From contig OZ220733.1 of assembly GCA_965116875.1 (NCBI GenBank), forward strand, positions 3,328,001 through 3,392,000: 64,000 nt of DNA. Reading direction: 5' to 3'. Positions within the stretch are counted from its first letter, which is position 1, and each line of letters begins with the position of its first letter. Positions 37,645 through 47,744 of this stretch are shown one piece after another. The translations under genes and the position numbers were made by a program. Below the pieces are notes generated by a model. It did no database searches, was not told the DNA's origin, and saw only the letters and a list, made by a program, of their open reading frames with translations. This stretch comes from Candidatus Latescibacterota bacterium (GTDB lineage Bacteria; Latescibacterota; UBA2968; GCA-2709665).

Positions 37645-40527
37645 CTAGAAATCCGCTGTCAGTCCAACCGACACGAGGCGGCCGATCTCCGGGGCGCCGA
37701 CGAATTCGCGGTGTTTCTGGTTGAACATGTTGGAAGCGTTCACGACGAGCGCGACCGTTCCATCCGTAATCAGGGACGGCAGTTCGTACCTGACGTTTGT
37801 GTCGAAGACAAGGGAGGACTTGACGTCGCCAATGTAAACACCGGAGTTCATGGGAAATCCGCTGCGTCCGCGGAGACGGAAGCCAACCCGGACCCCGCGA
37901 TCCTGCATATTGGTCGTTGCGCCCAGAGTGAATTTGTTTCGAGGCGCGTTGAGTGCGATATCCGCAATGCCGCCCAGATTCTTGAAGAGGTCTTTGTTGA
38001 CGTGGGAGTAACTGCCCGAGAAGGTCCAGACGTCGTCGGCGTAGTAGGCAAAGCTGACGTCGAAGCCGTAGAAATCCACGTCGCCGAAGTTACGATAGGC
38101 CAACATGACCGCGTGGGGATCGGAAGCCTGAAGCGGTGAAACGGTGCCGAAGGGGATAAAGGCGGCGCCGTTGTCATTTGTGCCGGCCACGAAGAGGCGG
38201 GTGATTTCATCAACGGGCGTGTTGTTACCGTTGCCGCCCTGTTCCGGCATATCGAGGACGCCGAGCGCGACGGCCAGAAGCGCCGCGGACGGGTCCTGCA
38301 GGGCCTGTGCGACAGCGGCGGAAAGCGAGGCCGATAGCGCGTCGGGATCCAGGAAGACATTCGGCGTTTCCACGCGCAGCGGCGCCACGAAGTCGTGGGT
38401 GCGGGTACGATACACGTCAGCCGCCAGGGCGAAGCGATTCCCGAAGATCCCCTTGTAACCGAGTTCATAGGTTTCAGTGATCGTGGGCCTGATTTTTTCA
38501 ATATCCCGTATGGTGGAAGCGCCCAGGTCCGGAACCGGGTCGAAGGCCGACGTTGATGGATTCAGAACCCGGAGTGTGTTTCGGAGGCCGGGAAGGGTCT
38601 GCGGTATGATATTCTGAAAACCAGCCGCCAGCGCCTCCACCTGCGCGGCCGCCATGGCTGGAATCTGTTCCGCCGGGACCCCGGCCGCCGTGAGTTGCCC
38701 GGTGATCAGAGCCGTCGCAAGTTGCTTCAGATCTGGAAGGGCCGCGGCCATGACCGCGCTTCGACCGACTCCCCACATGACGTTGCTGAACCTCGCGTCG
38801 TTCATTCCAATCTGGTGTGAAGGCGAAAGGCCGATCACCTGGGCGAACGGCGACCGGAAAGTGGGTACGCCTCCGGCGTCGCGGCTCCATGTGAATCCAT
38901 TCTCGTTGCCCTGCGCGCGGACGTCGAAACTGGGGCTGAATCCCAGGACCGGCTGGAAGCCGCGACCCGTGCCGAAGGCGTCTCTGGCCTGGGCAAGGTC
39001 CAGAAAGAAGTTGCTTGTGGACGGTGTACTGAATGCTCTGTTGTACGTCAACCGTAAGGTCTGCAGGGGGTCGGGTTTGATCACAACGGCCCCACGGGGA
39101 GAGAAGACGCGCTCGTCGACGAGGTTGTGGTCGTCCAACCGGGCGGCCCCTAATATGGTGATCTTTTCGTTCAGGCTGATCTCGCCCTGCACGTAAGCCC
39201 CGAATTCGTCGATGTTGTCGCGGGTCTCATTGGATCCCGTTATGGTCCCGCCGGTATTCGGGCGCGTGAACAGGCCGTCCACCCCGTAGGTGATCCGGCT
39301 GCGGTCCTGCAGGCTCAGGCTATGCTGGGCCTGAAGGACGGTAAAGGTCGACGTGTCCACAATGGGGTCATTCGTACGGAGGAGCTTGGTATCCCCCGCG
39401 TCGCTGGCGTTGTGAAAGGCCTGAACGAAAACGTCCTTGAAGAGTACGCGGCCCTGCAGGAAGTAATTCGCCCACCCGTCGGCCTGGCCCGCGCCGATTC
39501 CCGTCATTTCAATGCTGTTGATCCGTGCGAAGCCCGTTGAAAAAATGCCCGTGAAGTCCTCGGTCGGGCGAACGTCGAGGCGCAATTCCCCGCTGATTCG
39601 GCTTGTGTCGTAGTCCCTGGGATTCCGGCCGCGCAGCCGCACTTCCTCCGGGTCTTCGTGTTCCCAGTCCGTTCCGGAAAAGTACTGACCGGAGAATTTG
39701 ACGCCTACTTTGTCCGTTGTGGCGGCGTGCCGGAAGGAGACCTTCCGCAGTTCGCGTTCGCCGCCCATCACGCTCACGGACGTGCCTTCGGAGCCAAAGG
39801 GGGAACGGGTAATGATGTGCATCACGCCGTTCGCGCTGTTGGGCCCGTAAAGCGCGGACCCGGGTCCCAGGACGACCTCGACACGGTCGACGTCGTGGTT
39901 CGTGACGGGAATGAAATGGTGGGCGTTGAACCGCAGGGAAGGTACGCGTGAGATCCGGTTGTCCACCAGGGTAAGCAGCGTTCCGGAAAAGACGTTGTTG
40001 AAGCCGCGCGCCACCGTGTTGGCCTGGAACAGCCCCGTCTGTGCGTTGTCCACGCCAGCAAGCCCCACGATGTAGTCCGCGGCACTCAGTCCGCGCTGAG
40101 TCTGGATTTCGTCTGTCCCGACAACCGCGACCGAAGCGGGAGCATCCAGGACCTTCTCCCGCCGTCGGGACGCGGAAACGATGATCTGGTCTCCGTAAAG
40201 TACCTCGACGTCCAGGTTGAAGTCGAGGTTGATCTCGCCGCCGCCGGTTATTCTGACATTGCTCCGGGTCACGGTCTCGTATCCGACGAAGGATGCGGAA
40301 ACCTGATAGACGCCGTCCGGAAGATTCCCCGCCACGTATATGCCGCTCTCGTCGGTAACCACGTTCATGGGAGAGGATAGTGTGGATCCCCGGACGATGA
40401 CGTTGGCGCCGAACAGGGGGTCGCCATCGTCGCCGGTGATCTGTCCCTTTATGGAACCCGCGCCCTGGGCGAAGGCGGATGTGACGCAGCACAGAAGCAG
40501 GGCGAGTACCGTTCTTGCGGATGACAT
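37645..40527 (-). CDS. TonB-dependent receptor with N-terminal carboxypeptidase-regulatory-like domain
   Basis: Signal peptide, VSASRR, RVEVVLGPGSALYG plug motif, terminal ADF; AAGGAG RBS. Confidence 0.92.
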   Translation of the reverse strand: MSSARTVLALLLCCVTSAFAQGAGSIKGQITGDDGDPLFGANVIVRGSTLSSPMNVVTDESGIYVAGNLPDGVYQVSASFVGYETVTRSNVRITGGGEINLDFNLDVEVLYGDQIIVSASRRREKVLDAPASVAVVGTDEIQTQRGLSAADYIVGLAGVDNAQTGLFQANTVARGFNNVFSGTLLTLVDNRISRVPSLRFNAHHFIPVTNHDVDRVEVVLGPGSALYGPNSANGVMHIITRSPFGSEGTSVSVMGGERELRKVSFRHAATTDKVGVKFSGQYFSGTDWEHEDPEEVRLRGRNPRDYDTSRISGELRLDVRPTEDFTGIFSTGFARINSIEMTGIGAGQADGWANYFLQGRVLFKDVFVQAFHNASDAGDTKLLRTNDPIVDTSTFTVLQAQHSLSLQDRSRITYGVDGLFTRPNTGGTITGSNETRDNIDEFGAYVQGEISLNEKITILGAARLDDHNLVDERVFSPRGAVVIKPDPLQTLRLTYNRAFSTPSTSNFFLDLAQARDAFGTGRGFQPVLGFSPSFDVRAQGNENGFTWSRDAGGVPTFRSPFAQVIGLSPSHQIGMNDARFSNVMWGVGRSAVMAAALPDLKQLATALITGQLTAAGVPAEQIPAMAAAQVEALAAGFQNIIPQTLPGLRNTLRVLNPSTSAFDPVPDLGASTIRDIEKIRPTITETYELGYKGIFGNRFALAADVYRTRTHDFVAPLRVETPNVFLDPDALSASLSAAVAQALQDPSAALLAVALGVLDMPEQGGNGNNTPVDEITRLFVAGTNDNGAAFIPFGTVSPLQASDPHAVMLAYRNFGDVDFYGFDVSFAYYADDVWTFSGSYSHVNKDLFKNLGGIADIALNAPRNKFTLGATTNMQDRGVRVGFRLRGRSGFPMNSGVYIGDVKSSLVFDTNVRYELPSLITDGTVALVVNASNMFNQKHREFVGAPEIGRLVSVGLTADF

Positions 40528-40681
40528 AAACTGACTCCTTGCGTTTGACTTGCAGGTTTGCGGCTTGTATACGGTGGATGAAAGTTGATTGGAATGCACT
40601 GGGGATTCCGGGATCTCCCGGCCGCGGGGAGAGTCCGCCGGCCGTCTCTTTCCCGATAGACCGTGCCGTCACCGCGGCAGG

Positions 40682-41260
40682 TTATACGGTCGTTATGCTG
40701 TCGTCCCTGTTCGGCGCGCGGGCGAGTTCCGCCCTGATCGCGCCCGCCAGTGGTTCGGCAGAAGCGAGATATTGGCGCGTACTCGAAAAGACGCCACCGC
40801 CGACCTGTTCACCGGGGAGCCTCGGTATCAACTGGAAGTGGAGATGGGAGAGCGGTCCGGAACACATCGTGACCTGGTACACTTTTTCGCATCCGGTAAC
40901 CGTTTTCAACGCGCGGGTCAGTCGTAGCATGACCGTCATCAACTCCGAACCGAACTCGTCGGATAGGCCGGCGATGTCCGGAACGTGCGGTTTGGCGATC
41001 AGGATCGTGTGGCCGAGGCCGCGCGGGTATTGCTCCAGGATCGCCAAACACCGCTCGTGTTGGAACAACTGTGCGCCGTCCGGGTTCGACGTTGCTTCAC
41101 CATCGGTGATCCAGTGACAGGTATGGCAAACCCCCTGCTCGATAAGCCGCTTCCATCCGCGGTTGCGCTCGGCGCGTTCGCGCGCTTCCTGCTCTGTGGC
41201 CGGCCGAATACAGTCTTTCAGTCCGACAAGATTTGGCGCCGCCGGTTTGAGGTCTCGCAT
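40682..41260 (-). CDS. HIT-family protein
   Basis: CHTC, GHTILIAKPH, HLHFQLIPR. Confidence 0.8.
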   Translation of the reverse strand: MRDLKPAAPNLVGLKDCIRPATEQEARERAERNRGWKRLIEQGVCHTCHWITDGEATSNPDGAQLFQHERCLAILEQYPRGLGHTILIAKPHVPDIAGLSDEFGSELMTVMLRLTRALKTVTGCEKVYQVTMCSGPLSHLHFQLIPRLPGEQVGGGVFSSTRQYLASAEPLAGAIRAELARAPNRDDSITTV

Positions 41261-41445
41261 TATTATTCAATCTATCGAGGATTGCTGCAGATATTTTTCA
41301 TTAATATAAAGGATTTATCTTTTTCCGCCTTAAAGAAACGGGATTTTTTGCAGATTGGGTTCGGGACGGCACCAAAAACGACTCGCTCGAGGCCGTGATA
41401 CGATGGCTCGTCTTCGCCTGCAGAGCGACTTTATCAATTGGACTG

Positions 41446-44400
41446 CTAAGGAACCGCGACTCTTCCCAGGTATTCCCTGAGTTTGGGCGGAACGTGCTTT
41501 CGAATCAGGCTCTTCTCCAGTTTCCAGGCCGTTTCCGCGTCGGGTTTCTTCTCGAAATGAATGGTTTTTCCTTCGTACCGGGCAACGGGTTCGCCGTCGC
41601 GATAGAGAATCCGGTTTCCGGGAGTCGCGGGTATGCGCTTGCCTGGCGTGACGATCCCCACGAGGTTAACCGGGTCGCAGGCGCTGACCGAAACGAGTTC
41701 GCCCTGTTTCTTCTCCCGTTTCAACGACCGGATGACGGTAATCGCCTCCGGGAGCGCGTACTGCTCTCCCCATCTCTCCACGAATCGTCCGCCCCGCACT
41801 TCGCCGCGGTCCTCCATCCGCCTCAATACCCGCACCAGGTCGCGCCAGGGCGGGATGCCGTTCTCCCTGGCCAGAACCCGTCTGAATACGACCCCGTACC
41901 GTTTCAGCAGGATCCGCGCGCATTGCTCGACATCGGCCTGATTGTCGATTTCGTTTTCGATCAGGGACCACCGGCCCGCCTGCTCCATACCGAAGACCGG
42001 CCCTCGATTCCTCCGGGATCGAACCTTGAATTTTTCCGGAATCAGAAGGGCGCGCAACCCGGCGAAACTGTCGCATGTCAGCATTCCCGCCGCAACAAGC
42101 TCGGCGATGGCGCTCTCGATCTCGCTCCTGAGCATTTTCGACCGGGAAAGGATGTCGTGGTAAAACAGCGCGCCACCGGCTTCCAGGCATTCGAGCACCC
42201 TTTGCGCGGACGGGGTCAGGACCGGCGCGCAGGCGTCTGAAGGCCGGAACGGCCAGGCCGTGAACGTGGTCCGGTTGCCCAGGGTAATCGGCGTCGTGCG
42301 GATGGGTGTGTTTCCCGCCCGGACGCTCTGTGTCCGGAGATAACGGCCCCACATGGTCTTACCCGACAGACAACAGGTATCCAGCCAGATATGGTCGTAA
42401 TCCTTGATCCGCGAAGGCAGGACGTCGCTCTCCCACGCGATGGCCGGACAGGAAAAGCCGTCGAGCTGATCCAGAACTTCATTGAGCGCCTGGGGGCCTT
42501 CCTTCCGGGTTCCTTCCGTCAGGCTGTGCCATCGGAGCAGAAACCGCACGTAATCCGACGAGGAAATGGGCTTGATCGCCCGCCGCAGCTTTTCAAGCGT
42601 ATATCGGTGGATGCGCGCGAGCAGTCGCCGTTCGCACCATTCCGTTTCCGCATCGGAAGGCAGGTCCGGCGAGAAGTGGCCTCTGATAGCGAACCCTTCT
42701 GCCTCCAATGCGAACAGCGCCTGGTCAATCCTGTTCCTGGAAAGGCCCATATCCGCTGCGATTCCGGACGCGGTCGCAGGCCCGAGTAGTTCGATTCGAC
42801 CTCTGACTACGTCTGTGAGCACCTCTTCCGGATCTTCCGACGGGAATTCGCGGATGGAGTCCGGTACCGCCGTTTCGATGCTCCTGACGGCATCCTCGTA
42901 CAGCACCTGGAACTGCGGGATCCGCTCGACGGCAATCCAGAGTTTCGGGCCGCCCTTCGGCTCGACGGGCGCGGCCTGACCGGATTCGACCAGCGATGCC
43001 AATAGCGGGATCCACGTCCCGTCGCCGCTCTCCGTCACTTCCTCGTCGGTCAGGAAGCCATGCATCACCAGGACGTCGTACAACTCGTCCGCGTCCGTGA
43101 CCGCGGGCCAGGCCTCCGCCTGTACCGCCTCTATTGCGCCCTTTTCGAGCTTGCCCAGCTTCCTGGCGTCTTCCGGCTCGAGCCGCCGGCGCGTTCTGAC
43201 GGCCTGGACTCGCCTTTCCTCCAGGGGCGCGTCATCCAGAAACGCATAGGGTCTCGCATTGAGGATGCCTTCGGACATGGGGGAGGGTTCGCGCATGTCG
43301 CGAGCCGACACTTCGATTTCACCGGAGTGGATCCGCTGGAGCAGGCGTTCGAGGGCCTCGACGTCCATCGCTTCGTGGAGGCAATCGTGAATGGTCTGGT
43401 ATACGAGGGGATGATCGGGCACCTCGCGGTCGCCCGGGATGTTTTCGAGGCAGGCGAGTTGATCGGGAAATACCAGGGCGAGCAGGTCTTCGGCATCGGA
43501 GCGCTGGATCTGTGGCGGGACCCTTTCTCCGCCCCGTCGTCTGAGCACCGCCAGCGCGGTTGAGGCGTTCCAGCGCCATCGCGCCTGAAACATCGGCGCA
43601 TCCAGCAGGGCCTGTACGAGGACTTCGCGAACCGTCCGGTCGTTCAGGTAATCTACCACTTCCTTGAGAGGAAAACTGTGCGTTGGACCCAGGGAAAGCA
43701 CCAGGCTCTCCTCGTTGGCGGCCGCCTGGAGTTCGAAATTGAACTTGCGGCAGAATCGTTTCCGAAGCGCGAGCCCCCACGCGCGGTTCAGCCGGTTGCC
43801 GAAGACCGAGTGTATGACCAGGTGCTGGTCTCCCACCTCGTCGAAGAATCGTTCGAGCACAACGTGATTCTGGGAAGGAACCAGATCCAGTGATGCTTTG
43901 GTCGCGGCCAGGTACGTGACCACCTGATCGGCTGCAACCGCGCTGACACCGACGTCGTCCGTCAGCCAGGCGACGGCCTCCCGCTTCCACACCTCCGACC
44001 CGTTGTCATCCAGTTCGTCCAGGTTCAGCCGGCCCGACACTTCCTCGCGGACCCGCGAGACCGCTGTTGAAAGTTCCGCGGACCGGCCCGGGGCTTCGCC
44101 GATCCAGAACGGCATCGTGGGCGGCAGACCGTCGGCGTCTTCAACGCGCACCTTTCCGGTTTCCACTTTGAGGATCCGCCAGGACGCCGTGCCGAGCTGG
44201 AAAATGTCTCCCGGCAGGCTCTCGACGGCGAAATCCTCGTGGACGGATCCGATCTGGACGCCCGAGGGTTCGAGGCGCACGTCGTAATCGAACTGGTCCG
44301 GGATGGTGCCTCCGGAGACGGTCGCGTTGAGACGTGCCCCCTTCCTGGCCCTCAACGTGCGTGTAACCGGGTTGAAGTGCAGATAAGACCTCCGGGTACC

Positions 44401-45777
44401 GCGCCTGAAGGTAAACCCTTCGACCAGCATCTGGACGACGCCGTTGAACTCTTTTCTACTCAAATCTCTGTAGATAAACGACTTGCGGAATACATCATAG
44501 AGCGTGTCCGCCGTGGCTTCCTCGCAGGAGACTTCCGCTACGATCTGTTGGGCAAGCACATCCAGCGGTTTCTCCGGAAAGGGAAGGGCATCCAGTTCCC
44601 CTCTACGGACGCTGTCCAGCAGCGCTACGGCTTCAACCAGTTCGTCTTTGGTGAGCGGGAATATCTTCCCTCGTGGCGTTCCCTCGAGCGTATGGCCGGA
44701 CCTGCCAACCCGCTGAAGCAGCGTGGCAATGGATTTGGGAGATCCGATCTGGATGACCAGATCGATGGCGCCCACGTCAATGCCCAGTTCCAGAGATCCG
44801 GTGGCCACCAGCGCCCTGAGCGTGCCCGCTTTCAGCCGTGTCTCCGCGTCCTGGCGCTTTTCGCGTGACATGCTCCCGTGGTGCGCCGAAACGACTTCCG
44901 GACCCAGACGCTCGGACAGATGGTGCGACAGGCGTTCGGTCATCGCCCGCGTGGGAACGAAGATCAGGGTGGTCTGGTGTTCGTTGACGGCATCTTCCAG
45001 GGACTGATGGATCTCTTCCCAGACCTCATTGGCCATCACCGCCGTGAGCGGAGATTCGGGCAGTTCGATCCGAAGTTCCAGTTCGCGCCGGTGACCGATA
45101 TTCAGGACTTCGCAGGACTCCGCGCCGCCGGTGAGAAAGCGCGCCATGCGATCGATGGGCTTCTGGGTGGCCGAGATGCCGATCCGGTGCAGCGGGTTCC
45201 GGGTGAGCCGCGCCAGCCGTTCCATGGAGATCGACAGGTGGGCGCCGCGTTTGTTGCCGGCAACCGCGTGGATTTCGTCCACGATGAGCGTGCCGGCGTT
45301 GCTCAGCATTTCCCGGCCGCCGTTGCTCGTCAGGAGAAGGTAGAGGGATTCGGGCGTGGTCACCAGGACGTGGGGCGGCGTCCTGACCATCTTTGCCCGT
45401 TCCGTGGTCGGCGTATCGCCCGTACGAACCATCGCGCGGACGTCGGCACTGGGGCAACCGCTCTGTTTCAGAAGCGCCTTGATGCCCTTGAGCGGAAGCT
45501 GCAGATTGCGATGGATATCGTTGCTCAGCGCCTTGAGTGGCGATACGTAGACGACCAGGGTCCGGTCCTCCAGGGTGCCGTTGAGACGCTGCTCGAACAG
45601 GTCGTTCAGCACCGCCAGAAATGCCGCGAGCGTTTTGCCCGATCCGGTTGGCGCGGACAGGAGCACGTTTCGCCGGTTCGCGATCTCGGGCCAGGCCAGG
45701 GACTGAATCTCGGACGGGCCGTTGAAATTCTGGTTAAACCACTGTCGAACAACGGGATGGAAGCTTTCCATGGGCAT
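41446..45777 (-). CDS. lhr: Lhr-family DEAD/DEAH helicase with C-terminal winged-helix region
   Basis: APTGSGKT, PLKALSND, DEIH, SAT, HHGS, QRVGRSGH; C-terminal LLKRYGVV...VRGGRFV. Confidence 0.9.
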   Translation of the reverse strand: MPMESFHPVVRQWFNQNFNGPSEIQSLAWPEIANRRNVLLSAPTGSGKTLAAFLAVLNDLFEQRLNGTLEDRTLVVYVSPLKALSNDIHRNLQLPLKGIKALLKQSGCPSADVRAMVRTGDTPTTERAKMVRTPPHVLVTTPESLYLLLTSNGGREMLSNAGTLIVDEIHAVAGNKRGAHLSISMERLARLTRNPLHRIGISATQKPIDRMARFLTGGAESCEVLNIGHRRELELRIELPESPLTAVMANEVWEEIHQSLEDAVNEHQTTLIFVPTRAMTERLSHHLSERLGPEVVSAHHGSMSREKRQDAETRLKAGTLRALVATGSLELGIDVGAIDLVIQIGSPKSIATLLQRVGRSGHTLEGTPRGKIFPLTKDELVEAVALLDSVRRGELDALPFPEKPLDVLAQQIVAEVSCEEATADTLYDVFRKSFIYRDLSRKEFNGVVQMLVEGFTFRRGTRRSYLHFNPVTRTLRARKGARLNATVSGGTIPDQFDYDVRLEPSGVQIGSVHEDFAVESLPGDIFQLGTASWRILKVETGKVRVEDADGLPPTMPFWIGEAPGRSAELSTAVSRVREEVSGRLNLDELDDNGSEVWKREAVAWLTDDVGVSAVAADQVVTYLAATKASLDLVPSQNHVVLERFFDEVGDQHLVIHSVFGNRLNRAWGLALRKRFCRKFNFELQAAANEESLVLSLGPTHSFPLKEVVDYLNDRTVREVLVQALLDAPMFQARWRWNASTALAVLRRRGGERVPPQIQRSDAEDLLALVFPDQLACLENIPGDREVPDHPLVYQTIHDCLHEAMDVEALERLLQRIHSGEIEVSARDMREPSPMSEGILNARPYAFLDDAPLEERRVQAVRTRRRLEPEDARKLGKLEKGAIEAVQAEAWPAVTDADELYDVLVMHGFLTDEEVTESGDGTWIPLLASLVESGQAAPVEPKGGPKLWIAVERIPQFQVLYEDAVRSIETAVPDSIREFPSEDPEEVLTDVVRGRIELLGPATASGIAADMGLSRNRIDQALFALEAEGFAIRGHFSPDLPSDAETEWCERRLLARIHRYTLEKLRRAIKPISSSDYVRFLLRWHSLTEGTRKEGPQALNEVLDQLDGFSCPAIAWESDVLPSRIKDYDHIWLDTCCLSGKTMWGRYLRTQSVRAGNTPIRTTPITLGNRTTFTAWPFRPSDACAPVLTPSAQRVLECLEAGGALFYHDILSRSKMLRSEIESAIAELVAAGMLTCDSFAGLRALLIPEKFKVRSRRNRGPVFGMEQAGRWSLIENEIDNQADVEQCARILLKRYGVVFRRVLARENGIPPWRDLVRVLRRMEDRGEVRGGRFVERWGEQYALPEAITVIRSLKREKKQGELVSVSACDPVNLVGIVTPGKRIPATPGNRILYRDGEPVARYEGKTIHFEKKPDAETAWKLEKSLIRKHVPPKLREYLGRVAVP

Positions 45778-45935
45778 TTGGATTCCCTAATGGACGACAT
45801 CGCCAGACCTGCTTTGACGGCGCCGACGTTTATCCGTACCCGAATATAATGCGCATCCGTGCCAAACGCAAGGCGCCGGATTCAGAATTCCGACCCATTG
45901 TCGCGTCGATTCCGGGGCCGTTCATCCCTCTCGTT

Positions 45936-46685
45936 TCAGGGGCGGAACTCGTCCCAGCGGGTGATCGAATCCGCCCATTCTTCCCGTTCCCCCATCGGTC
46001 GGTCGAGCGAACGATCGAAGTATATCGCGTTCATGCCCATCGATCGTGGTCCATGGACGTCGTTGCGAAGATTGTCTCCGATGAACAGGACGTCGCCTGC
46101 CCTGTCGTCCGTGAGGCCGGCCCGGCACAGCGCCTCGCGATAGATCCCGGCGCCCGGCTTCCTGAATCCGATTTCGGCGCTGTCGATGACGAACTCGAAA
46201 TACTGCAACAGTCCGTGGTCTGCCAGCAGCCGTTCGGGCCATCCCGGCAAATAGAAATTCGAGACGACGCCCATTCGAACTTCGCCGCGCCACGCCGCCA
46301 GCATCGCCTCGACCCCGGGCGTCGGCCGGACCTGTTTCGGATACGACCTCTCGAATTCATCGACCATCTCTTGAACGAGACGATGAACGGGCATTCGACC
46401 CGCCTTTCCCGACGCGGCCAGAACATCCCTCAGACGGTCCGGCAGCAGCACCTCCCTCGAGTCGTCGCCGGTCAGCCGACTTCTCCTCCATTGGGAATAC
46501 GCATTCACGAAGTCGCGCGTCGCGGCGAAGTATCCCTCCCGGACAGGCAGGTCCAGAATCGGACTCAATCCGGATTCGTCGCCGGTTTCATCGAAATCGT
46601 CCAGAAGCGTATTGAAGCAATCGAAGAAGATCCATTTGGGTATCGATGCAGGCATGGAGTCGAAGAAGGCTGCCGCGGGGGTCAC
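45936..46685 (-). CDS. HAD-family hydrolase
   Basis: FFDCFNTL, VSN, KP, GDNLRND. Confidence 0.85.
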   Translation of the reverse strand: MTPAAAFFDSMPASIPKWIFFDCFNTLLDDFDETGDESGLSPILDLPVREGYFAATRDFVNAYSQWRRSRLTGDDSREVLLPDRLRDVLAASGKAGRMPVHRLVQEMVDEFERSYPKQVRPTPGVEAMLAAWRGEVRMGVVSNFYLPGWPERLLADHGLLQYFEFVIDSAEIGFRKPGAGIYREALCRAGLTDDRAGDVLFIGDNLRNDVHGPRSMGMNAIYFDRSLDRPMGEREEWADSITRWDEFRP

Positions 46686-47455
46686 TCGCCGGGGTCGGAA
46701 TTTTCAAGGATCCAGCTTAGAACGGTATCCAAGCCTGCGAGATGCGCGGCCGTTCGCTGCGCCATCGGCCAGGCCGTGGGCGTCTCGAAGATCAGCACAT
46801 GGTCGGCATGGTAATGATACACGTACGGGACGATGCCGCCTGTGCCCCACGACGGCGCGACCCGGTAGACCCCCCGGGAGATGGGGATGTCGTTCTCATC
46901 GTCCTCCCCGTCCGGATCGATTGCGCCCACCTTCTCGACCTCCCGTACGATTGACGGCCCGACCCAGTTTTCATCGCGCCGCCCCTCGTACATGTAAAAG
47001 CCGGTGGCCTCCCAGTCCTCGTGGAAGTCCACGTACAGGTCGAAGCGCTTTCCTTCCAGTATCCGCCTGGCAACCTCGCCCTCCGGAACGCCGGACTCCG
47101 AAAATGAGCGGTTGATATCGTCACCCGCGCCGTTCTCCCTTTTGTTGTGGACGTATCCCCAGGGATTGACGCAGGGCAGAACGAGAAACGCAAAGTGCCG
47201 GCGCAGATCGGCCGGATTCCGCTCCAGGAACGCGAGGACCGTCTCGGGCCCCGCCGGCTCGTCTCCATGGACGCCGCCCGACAAAAGCACGTGTTTCCTG
47301 CCGCGGAGGTCGCCGCCCAAACGGATACAATAGATGGGATATCCGTCCACGAATCCGGCCGTTTCCATCTCCATTTCCGGCAGATCCAGGGCCTCAAGCC
47401 GCCGTGTCAATCGATCGAAGTCATGGTCTTTCATTTCTTGATCTTCCGGTTTCAA
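46682..47455 (-). CDS. M14-family metallopeptidase/desuccinylase-like
   Basis: GVHGDE, NPWG, DINR, DFHE, ETP. Confidence 0.85.
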   Translation of the reverse strand: MKPEDQEMKDHDFDRLTRRLEALDLPEMEMETAGFVDGYPIYCIRLGGDLRGRKHVLLSGGVHGDEPAGPETVLAFLERNPADLRRHFAFLVLPCVNPWGYVHNKRENGAGDDINRSFSESGVPEGEVARRILEGKRFDLYVDFHEDWEATGFYMYEGRRDENWVGPSIVREVEKVGAIDPDGEDDENDIPISRGVYRVAPSWGTGGIVPYVYHYHADHVLIFETPTAWPMAQRTAAHLAGLDTVLSWILENSDPGE

Positions 47456-47510
47456 AAATCAGCACAAGCAATGCGGGCATGCACAATGACCACGCGTTAT
47501 ATGGTTCATT

Positions 47511-47659
47511 GGAGCGAGGGCATCCTGCCCTCGACGGCTAGTTCGCGAGCCCCTGGCGCCATTATTCCAGATGTGGTATCGGATGGCTTGGAAGCAATTG
47601 GCCCTTGATGTGGATATCAATGGGTCACCTGCTATTCGAGGGCAGGATGCCCTCGCTCC
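47511..47659. repeat. REP doublet (REPIN-like), perfect 23-bp inverted repeat
   Basis: GGAGCGAGGGCATCCTGCCCTCG and its reverse complement about 100 bp apart; each unit is palindromic. Confidence 0.85.
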
Positions 47660-47744
47660 GGCACTGCTTTTCAAGATAGCCTGGAAAGGACGATCTTGGA
47701 CAGGTGTGACTGCAAGACACCGATGAACTCGTGTCGTACGACGG

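Noticed and set aside
40530-40680. Cobalamin riboswitch upstream of the TonB-dependent receptor
   Set aside because: GGGAA is present, but there is no B12-box or GCCCCCGCnACTGT core.
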